From: Thermoplasmata archaeon
GTDB taxonomy: Archaea > Thermoplasmatota > Thermoplasmata > GCA-020350865
Direction: 5' to 3'
DNA: 64,000 bases
Assembly: GCA_020348445.1 (NCBI GenBank)
Contig: CP070751.1
Span: 2,181,186 to 2,245,185 of the forward strand
In this document: one piece after another, positions 10,741-17,817 of the stretch
Layout of the letters: every line of letters starts with the position of its first letter
Numbering within the stretch: the first letter of the stretch is position 1
Made by a program: the position numbers and the translations under genes
The notes under the pieces: generated by a model
Database searches by the model: none
Told to the model about the DNA's origin: nothing
Seen by the model: the letters and a program-made list of their open reading frames with translations, nothing else

Positions 10741-10771
10741 CATGGATAGAATACAGGAGACAACCCGTGGT

Positions 10772-10898
10772 GGGCCGATGGTCTAGGGGTTAGCGGGTGA
10801 TCCCTGCCCTCAGATGACGTCGCGCTTACAACCGCAGAAATATCATTTACCTGCGGAAGGAAACGCGGAGGTCGCCGGTTCAATTCCGGCTCGGCCCA
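10772..10898 (+). tRNA. tRNA-Val(UAC) with two introns (10792-10813 at 20a/21; 10831-10862 at 37/38); CCA not encoded
   Basis: Acceptor stem GGGCCGA/TCGGCCC+A, T-arm GCCGG-TTCAATT-CCGGC and anticodon arm TCGCG-CTTACAA-CGCGG after splicing. D-arm GTCT-AGGGGTTA-TGAC after splicing. Both inserts fold into bulge-helix-bulge motifs. Confidence 0.9.
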
Positions 10899-10912
10899 TT
10901 CTAATTTTTTAA
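10899..10912 (+). terminator. Oligo-T terminator candidate after the tRNA
   Basis: TTCTAATTTTTTAA immediately after the discriminator base. Confidence 0.5.
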
Positions 10913-11045
10913 CACCATTATACATGAGCCTCACCTGGACATGATCGAAATTAATTTATGTGAAAGGTGTTGTGAAATGCTTATTATCTCCTTTCATCCT
11001 CTTGCGAATTTACACTCATAAATACTTGGATCTTAAGCTTCGCAA

Positions 11046-11059
11046 TCCGGCTCGGCCCA
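11046..11059 (+). repeat. 14-bp direct repeat of the tRNA-Val 3' end (att-like)
   Basis: TCCGGCTCGGCCCA is identical to 10885-10898. Confidence 0.85.
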
Positions 11060-11193
11060 CTCTGTTTTAATATTCATTTATTCGTGGGTCGAGCCTCGAA
11101 TATGAATTCATGATAAGAATATCGAAAACTAAATAAGGCACAATACCCGTTTATTATATGCAATATCAAGACAATATTCCTTGAAAATATAAA

Positions 11194-11751
11194 ATGGGGA
11201 AGGAAAAGTATATGTCTCCAGCACGAAAAATCAAAACTCTAAAAACAAAAATAATCATCGCAGGTGCCCCTGGTGCCGGTAAATCCTTCATTGCCCGGGC
11301 AGCCGATACCTGCATCCCCTCCCAAGAAATCGGGGTTTCTATTGGAAAGATATCCGAGACAATCGAGGATACATCAAGGGAAATAACACTGATGACCTGG
11401 GCCATCACCGAAGGGAGGCCAAGGGAGAGCACCCATTTAAAACATGCTCAGGCAGCCATAGTAGTGTGTGACTTGAATAAACCGGAAACCGTAGTTCAAA
11501 CTCCAGAGTGGGCAAATAGGATACTCAATTATGCCGGAGATATTCCTATTTTCTTTGCAGCAAACAATGTCAATCAAGGTTCACGAGATACTTACCGCCT
11601 TCTAAGAAGGGTGGCTAATAAATACAACTCCGCTTGTTTTCCCATTCTCGCAAAAGATCGGGAATCTGCAAGAGACCTTCTTGGGATAATCGCCTGGGAA
11701 TTATCTGATTATCTAGAGAGTGAAGGACAAGAGGAACTTGTGTCTTGGTAA
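11194..11751 (+). CDS. Degenerate small Ras/Rab-like P-loop GTPase
   Basis: KIIIAGAPGAGKS P-loop and AAIVVCDL strand at Rab-like spacing. G3 (WAITEG) and G4 (ANNVN) are degenerate. Confidence 0.7.
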   Translation: MGKEKYMSPARKIKTLKTKIIIAGAPGAGKSFIARAADTCIPSQEIGVSIGKISETIEDTSREITLMTWAITEGRPRESTHLKHAQAAIVVCDLNKPETVVQTPEWANRILNYAGDIPIFFAANNVNQGSRDTYRLLRRVANKYNSACFPILAKDRESARDLLGIIAWELSDYLESEGQEELVSW

Positions 11752-11868
11752 ATACATCTATGGTGTATGGAGGACCTTATTGTCCCTTTCATTTTTCAAC
11801 CAGATATATTATTACCAAAACGAAATCATTTTATTCTGAAATCCCATTCCCAGCCCGAGGTGCGGATC

Positions 11869-12339
11869 GTGAAAGAATATCAAAAAATACTCATTCCAAC
11901 GGACGGCTCAGAAGATGCCAATTACGCTGCCTTAAGGGGTTTGAGCCTGGCCAAGCTCATCGGGGCCAAGGTAACGGCCTTGCATGTTCTCGAGCATCCT
12001 CACTACCTGGGGGAGGTGCTAGCAGTAGGAGACATGATTCCTGTGGAGCCCCCTGAAATGAAGGAGTCTGATATGTACAAAGGCCTGGAAAGGATAGGTC
12101 AAGAGGCTGTGGATTTTATAAAAGAGGAAGGGGAGAAGCTAGGAGTCGAAGTGGAGACAAAAATCATCGAAGGGCATGCCGCAGATCAGATCTCCAAACT
12201 CTCTGAGAAGTACGATCTTATCGTGCTCTCAGCTCTGGGAAGAAGCTGCATGACAGACCTTCTTTTAGGCGGCGTGGCTGACAAGGTGGCAAGGCATGCC
12301 AAATGCCCTGTTCTTTTGGTAAGGAAAAAGAAGGATTGA
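11869..12339 (+). CDS. Universal stress protein (UspA family)
   Basis: KILIPTDGS start and GRSCMTDLLLGGVADKVARHAKCPVLLV end. GTG at 11869 follows a GAGGTG Shine-Dalgarno site. Confidence 0.9.
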   Translation: MKEYQKILIPTDGSEDANYAALRGLSLAKLIGAKVTALHVLEHPHYLGEVLAVGDMIPVEPPEMKESDMYKGLERIGQEAVDFIKEEGEKLGVEVETKIIEGHAADQISKLSEKYDLIVLSALGRSCMTDLLLGGVADKVARHAKCPVLLVRKKKD

Positions 12340-12360
12340 AGATATTTTTTAATTGCAGAT

Positions 12361-13680
12361 GTGATGGATATGACGTCATGTATTGGAATTCGCAGAGAGG
12401 ATAAGAATAAATGGGAGCGGAGGGTTCCCTTAACTCCAGATCATGTGAAGAAACTCAAAAATGAGCATCTTGTGGATGTAGTTGTACAGCCCTCTGAGAT
12501 ACGCGCCTTTTCAAATGAAGATTATGAAAATGCAGGGAGCAAGGTTAATGAGAACCTTTCAGAATGCCCCACGATATTTGCAATAAAAGAGGTACCAATT
12601 CCTCTTCTAGAACCTAAAAAGACGTACGTATTTTTCGCACATGTCATCAAAGGTCAAGAGCACAACATGCCCATGCTGCGCAAGATGATGGAGCTTGGAT
12701 GCAATCTCATAGACTATGAAAAAATCGTAAACGAAAAAGGTTTCCGCCTGATATTCTTTGGAAAGTGGGCAGGCCTTGCAGGAATGACAGACACCTTAAC
12801 TGCCTTTGGATTGAGACTCCAAAACCAGGGTATATCCAATCCCTTTACTGATATTCAGTACGCCCATAATTACAAGGATCATCAAAAGATGCTAGCGGCA
12901 ATAACCCAGGTCGGAGAAAATATCAAGAATAACGGTCTTCCCAAAGAGCTAGTTCCCATGGTGGTGGGTCTTGCCGGTTACGGAAATGTATCCAAGGGCT
13001 GCCAGGAGGTTTTATCCTATCTCCCGGTACAGGAAATTCCCCCAGAAGAGCTGGCCTCCTTCTTCGGAAATGGAGATTTCTCAAAGAACTTGATATACAA
13101 AGTGGTCTTCAAGGAGGAGCATATGGTGGAACCCATCTCACCTGATAACAAATTCGAACTGTACGATTACTACGACCATCCACAAAAGTACAAGGGGACA
13201 TTTCGTAATCATGTTCCATACCTCACAATACTCATGAATTGTATCTATTGGGACAAACAGTATCCCAGGCTGGTTACCATTGAACTGGCAAAAGAGCTAT
13301 TTAAGGAGGGTAAGCAGCCAAAGCTGAGGGCAATAGGAGATATCAGCTGCGATATGGACGGTGCAATCCAGTTTACGAAAAAGTCAACCTCCATTGACCA
13401 ACCAACCTTTGTCTATGACCCAATGGAGGACAAGATAATAGATGGAATTGAGGGTAAGGGCATACTGGTTATGGCAGTGGACAACCTTCCCTGTGAATTA
13501 CCAAGAGAGTCTTCTACGCAGTTCGGAGATTCCCTTTTTGATTTCGTATCTTCCATAGCAGAAGCGGACTTTTCCTTGCCTTTTGGGGAGCTGGAACTTC
13601 CACCCCCAATCAAAAAAGCAGTGATTTTACAGAATGGCAAATTGACCCCTGATTATGAATATCTGAATAAGTTTTTATAA
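12361..13680 (+). CDS. Lysine-ketoglutarate reductase (LKR/LOR)-like saccharopine dehydrogenase, AlaDH/PNT fold
   Basis: GIRREDKNKWERRVPLTP, IDYEKI, GYGNVSKG, DISCD and AVDNLPCELP closely parallel the N-terminal half of bifunctional AASS. Confidence 0.85.
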   Translation: MMDMTSCIGIRREDKNKWERRVPLTPDHVKKLKNEHLVDVVVQPSEIRAFSNEDYENAGSKVNENLSECPTIFAIKEVPIPLLEPKKTYVFFAHVIKGQEHNMPMLRKMMELGCNLIDYEKIVNEKGFRLIFFGKWAGLAGMTDTLTAFGLRLQNQGISNPFTDIQYAHNYKDHQKMLAAITQVGENIKNNGLPKELVPMVVGLAGYGNVSKGCQEVLSYLPVQEIPPEELASFFGNGDFSKNLIYKVVFKEEHMVEPISPDNKFELYDYYDHPQKYKGTFRNHVPYLTILMNCIYWDKQYPRLVTIELAKELFKEGKQPKLRAIGDISCDMDGAIQFTKKSTSIDQPTFVYDPMEDKIIDGIEGKGILVMAVDNLPCELPRESSTQFGDSLFDFVSSIAEADFSLPFGELELPPPIKKAVILQNGKLTPDYEYLNKFL

Positions 13681-13773
13681 ACATGCTTTCATCAAGAGAT
13701 TCAAAATATGTGATAAAAAATACTATTTATGAAAAACCCATACGGGCGCTTAAAATTGGTTGGAGGTAAAAAA

Positions 13774-15102
13774 ATGAGTGGAATTCTGGTATTGGGAGCA
13801 GGAATGGTGGCAGGGCCTCTAGTAAGATATCTTTTGGATCAGGACTTTGAAGTCAAGGTGGCAAGCAGAACCATAAGTAAAGCAGAAAAATTGGTGGAGG
13901 GTTATCCCAAGGGCAGTGCTGAATCATTGGACGTTGAAAAACCAGATGCCGAAAAGAAACTGGAGGAGCTTATATCTTCTTCTGATTTGGCTGTGAGCCT
14001 TCTACCCTATATTCATCATGTAATGGTCGCCAAACTTTGTATCAAACACAAGAAGAACATGGTAACGACATCTTATGTTAGTGATGCAATGAGGGCCTTG
14101 GATGAGGATGCCAAGAAAGCAGGGATTATCATAATAAACGAGTCTGGTGTGGATCCCGGAATCGATCACATGTCTGCAATGAGGATCATCCATAAAGTGG
14201 AGGAAGAAGGAGGTAAAGTGATCAGCTTCAAATCTACAACTGGAGCACTACCTGCGCAAGAGTCAAATAACAATCCCTTTGGATACAAGTTTTCCTGGGC
14301 CCCAAAAGGTGTCCTTCTTGCCTCCCGCAATGCTGCGAAGTGGCTGGAGGATGGTAAAGAAGTATCCATCCCGGGTGAGCAGTTATTTGAGAATTATTAT
14401 ATTCAGGATGTACCTAGTGTTGGGGCTTTTGAAAATTACCCTAATAGAAATTCCATACCTTACAAGGAAGTATACGGTCTTTCAGATGCCAAAACCGTTT
14501 ACCGCGGGACCTTCAGAAATGTCGGGTGGTGTGAGACCCTAAGATGTATCGTGGCCCTGGGCTGGCTTGCTGATGAGCCAGTTGAGAATTTTACAGGTGG
14601 AACCTATGGAGAGCTAACAGGGAAATTAATAGGTGCAGGTTCATCTGATAATATTGTCAATGATGTTGCAGCCTTTCTCGGTTTAAAGCCCTACTCAGCA
14701 GCGATCAAGAGGTTGAATTGGCTTGGTCTTTTTAGTGATGAGCCATTACCAGCAGACAAAAATAATCCATTGGATTATCTAAATGTCTTAACCCTTAAAA
14801 AGATGTCCATGGATAAAAAGGACAAAGATATGATTGTAATGCTTCATGAATTCGTAGCCGAGTTTCCCGATAAAAAGGAGTACATAACCTCCACATTGTT
14901 GGACTATGGAATTCCCGGTGGTGATACCTCAGTTGCAAGAACTGTGGGCCTTCCTGCAGCAATTGCAGTCAAGATGGTACTACAGGGGAAAATCGACCTA
15001 ATTGGGGTTCATATTCCAACAAAACCAGAAATTTATAATCCAATTCTAGATGAACTAGAAGAAATAGGGATAAGATTTTTAGAAAACCGCATCCCTATTT
15101 GA
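13774..15102 (+). CDS. Saccharopine dehydrogenase (glutamate-forming; Lys9/AASS-SDH-like)
   Basis: ILVLGAGMVA, SLLPY, GVDPGIDHM, KFSWAPKGVL, YRGTFR and ARTVGLPAAI motifs. ATG at 13774 follows GGAGGT. Confidence 0.9.
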   Translation: MSGILVLGAGMVAGPLVRYLLDQDFEVKVASRTISKAEKLVEGYPKGSAESLDVEKPDAEKKLEELISSSDLAVSLLPYIHHVMVAKLCIKHKKNMVTTSYVSDAMRALDEDAKKAGIIIINESGVDPGIDHMSAMRIIHKVEEEGGKVISFKSTTGALPAQESNNNPFGYKFSWAPKGVLLASRNAAKWLEDGKEVSIPGEQLFENYYIQDVPSVGAFENYPNRNSIPYKEVYGLSDAKTVYRGTFRNVGWCETLRCIVALGWLADEPVENFTGGTYGELTGKLIGAGSSDNIVNDVAAFLGLKPYSAAIKRLNWLGLFSDEPLPADKNNPLDYLNVLTLKKMSMDKKDKDMIVMLHEFVAEFPDKKEYITSTLLDYGIPGGDTSVARTVGLPAAIAVKMVLQGKIDLIGVHIPTKPEIYNPILDELEEIGIRFLENRIPI

Positions 15103-16420
15103 CGGATTTAAGGGCCTTTTCGAAGATATCCAGTCCCTGATCTAGTTGCGATTCTTCAATAACTAGCGGAGGAATAAACCTTATTCCAGAGGTACCACAT
15201 GGAAGGAGGACAAGGCCGTTTTTGTAGCTCTTTACCAGTATCTTATCAACCTCTTTTTCTGCAGGTTGCTTGGTCTTTATGTTTTTGACAAGCTCAACAG
15301 CCTGCATCAAGCCGATTCCCCGAACATCTCCTATCAATGGGTATTTATCTTTCATTTCGTAAAGACGCTTTGAAACATGCTTTCCCAATTTCTCTGCCCT
15401 CTGACTCAATTTCCCCTTCTTTATCACTTCTATGGTGGCCAGGGCAGAAGCACAGGCAACGAGGTTACCTCCGTAGGTATTGGAATGGGCACCCGATACA
15501 CCAAAATCGTATTGCGCGTTGAAAACGGTGGCACCGATTGGCATTCCAGAACCCATACCCTTGGCAAGGCAAAGGATTTCGGGTTCAATTCCATGATGTT
15601 CCACTGCGAACATCTTACCAGTCCTTCCAAAACCTGCCTGGACTTCATCGTCAACCATGATTATTTCATGCTTTTTTGTAATCTTTCTTATCTCCTCTAT
15701 GAACTTTTTGGGAGGAACTATATACCCTCCTTCCCCCTGGACAGGCTCGAAGAACAGGGCTGCCACTTCGCCTGGGGGAACAAGAGAATTGAAATAAACC
15801 TCATCCAATATCTTGGCACACCATACGTCGCAATCAGGATATTCCATCTTGTATGCGCAGCGATAACAATAGGCATATGGAATATGGGTCACCCCAGGCA
15901 TCATGGGAAAGTATCTTTCCCTATGAACTGTTTTACTGGCAGTTAGTGTAAGGGAGCCCATGGTCCTTCCATGAAATGCCTTTATAAAGGAAATAAAACG
16001 GCTGCGTTTTGTCGACCACTTTGCCAGCTTGATCGCGCATTCATTTGCTTCGGTTCCGCTGTTTGTGAAGAACACCTTCTTTGCGAACTTACCAGGAGTG
16101 ATATTCACCAGTGTCTCGGCAAGATCGTTTTGGACATCATAGTAAAAATCGGTACCAGCAAAATGCATGAGTTCGCCTGCCTGCTTCTGCACTGATTCCA
16201 CGATTTTTGGGTGGCAGTGGCCGCAATTGACCACGCCCACACCGCTTGTAAAATCTATGTATGTATTTCCGTCCACATCCTCGATTATTGCTCCTTTTGC
16301 CTGCTTTGCCGCAATGGGTGAGGTCTTTGTGGCCGTTGCTATTAATTTATGGTCCTTGGATACGATTTTCCGGGCCTTTGGCCCTGGAGGAGTAATCTTT
16401 ATTTTTGCCTTCTTTTGCAT
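15095..16420 (-). CDS. Class-III PLP aminotransferase (ornithine/lysine/4-aminobutyrate omega-aminotransferase family)
   Basis: TNSGTEAN, FHGRT, EPVQGEGG, DDEVQAGFGRTG, CLAKGMGSG and HSNTYGGN motifs. Confidence 0.9.
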   Translation of the reverse strand: MQKKAKIKITPPGPKARKIVSKDHKLIATATKTSPIAAKQAKGAIIEDVDGNTYIDFTSGVGVVNCGHCHPKIVESVQKQAGELMHFAGTDFYYDVQNDLAETLVNITPGKFAKKVFFTNSGTEANECAIKLAKWSTKRSRFISFIKAFHGRTMGSLTLTASKTVHRERYFPMMPGVTHIPYAYCYRCAYKMEYPDCDVWCAKILDEVYFNSLVPPGEVAALFFEPVQGEGGYIVPPKKFIEEIRKITKKHEIIMVDDEVQAGFGRTGKMFAVEHHGIEPEILCLAKGMGSGMPIGATVFNAQYDFGVSGAHSNTYGGNLVACASALATIEVIKKGKLSQRAEKLGKHVSKRLYEMKDKYPLIGDVRGIGLMQAVELVKNIKTKQPAEKEVDKILVKSYKNGLVLLPCGTSGIRFIPPLVIEESQLDQGLDIFEKALKSVK

Positions 16421-16698
16421 TTCACCACCCCTTGGGTGTGGCACTCCGTATATAATTGCAAGATAAAAGATTTATGTTGGATTATACTCTTATTATAGAC
16501 TTTCACAAGTATTCATCTTTTATCGGATAACTTCATCTTCCTGCTATCCCCCTATTACCGGTATTAATTGATAGGACACGATTTAAACACTGGATTATCG
16601 TCCGATTTATCATTAAAAACGCTATTTAACGCAATATTGCTAATTTTCAAGGAAAATTTATAAAATAATAACAAAATTTATAAAGATAAAATCTTATA

Positions 16699-17772
16699 AT
16701 GTCATCGATGTATACGAAGAGACTCACTAAAAAAGAGCAGCTCACGCTGTGGGGTTTGATAAACCACCCGAGTTTAAATGACAAGGAATTGGCTAAAAAA
16801 ACTCGCTTGAAGCTCTCAACAGTCACAGCGATAAGGAGAAGGCTGAGGGACAAGGGATATTACCAGACAGTGAATATACCTAATTTCTATCGCCTTGGAT
16901 ATGAATTGTTCAGTGTAATGTATGGGACTTTCAATGAGGCGGTTCCCATCGAGGCAAGAATCGAGAATTTTAGAAATTTCTCGAATAAATACCCCAATAC
17001 CATCTTTTCCATGATGAGTAGAAGCAACGGCATTGTTTTCAATGTTGCGAAAAATTACGCCGAGGCCAACTCACAATACGAGGAACTGGAAATGTTCTTC
17101 ACAAGCCATCATCTTACAGATGAAACAGGTTGGAGTAGGTTGATTTTCCCCTTCCAAACATCCATTTTCTGGAATTTTTTTAACTTTTCCCCTGTATTCC
17201 GCAACTCCTATGACATAAAAAGGAAAATCAACTTACAGGAGTTTTCATCACAAAAGAAATTGGACGTTATTAGATTGAGTAAAAAGGAGAAAAAGGTCCT
17301 ATTTGGGCTAGTTAAATATCCTGAGGAATCGGACAACAGCATAGCAGATAGATTCAACTTATCGCGGCAAGCTGTTTCGAACATTAAAAAGAGATTCATA
17401 AGTGATGATCTGATATTAACGAGAAGAATTTTAAATTTTGAACATACTGGGTGCGATCTGATAACGTTCGCGTACACCTTCTTTGGAACGAGAGCACCCA
17501 TCGAATCAAGGGGAGATGGTCTTAACTATACGAAAAAGTATGTACCAGCCTTTATTGGAATCTCAAGTAACTTTGAGAATATTTTACTTGCGGCCATAAG
17601 AAATTATTCTGAATATGAAAAACTGAAGGAAAAGATTCTTTCGTTCTATAAAACTCATCTTTCAATTGCAAGGCAACCTGAGATATTATTGTTCCCGGTG
17701 GATGATATTCGTTATAGCGAAATCCCTACATTCCATGATCTTTTGGGCGGGATGCTGGGAATGGAAGAATAA
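16699..17772 (+). CDS. Putative transcriptional regulator with two tandem winged-HTH/Lrp-like repeats
   Basis: Two homologous halves: LTKKEQLTLWGLINHPSLNDKELAKK..LSTVTAIRRRL and LSKKEKKVLFGLVKYPEESDNSIADR..RQAVSNIKKRF. Confidence 0.75.
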   Translation: MSSMYTKRLTKKEQLTLWGLINHPSLNDKELAKKTRLKLSTVTAIRRRLRDKGYYQTVNIPNFYRLGYELFSVMYGTFNEAVPIEARIENFRNFSNKYPNTIFSMMSRSNGIVFNVAKNYAEANSQYEELEMFFTSHHLTDETGWSRLIFPFQTSIFWNFFNFSPVFRNSYDIKRKINLQEFSSQKKLDVIRLSKKEKKVLFGLVKYPEESDNSIADRFNLSRQAVSNIKKRFISDDLILTRRILNFEHTGCDLITFAYTFFGTRAPIESRGDGLNYTKKYVPAFIGISSNFENILLAAIRNYSEYEKLKEKILSFYKTHLSIARQPEILLFPVDDIRYSEIPTFHDLLGGMLGMEE

Positions 17773-17817
17773 TAGAATAACTGAGTCCAATTTTGGCGGT
17801 TTGATTCTGCAAGACCA

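Noticed and set aside
11046-11110. Permuted or split tRNA half downstream of tRNA-Val
   Set aside because: GGGTCGA resembles an acceptor 5' strand but is not followed by a D-arm or anticodon arm, and no BHB or complete T-arm is present.
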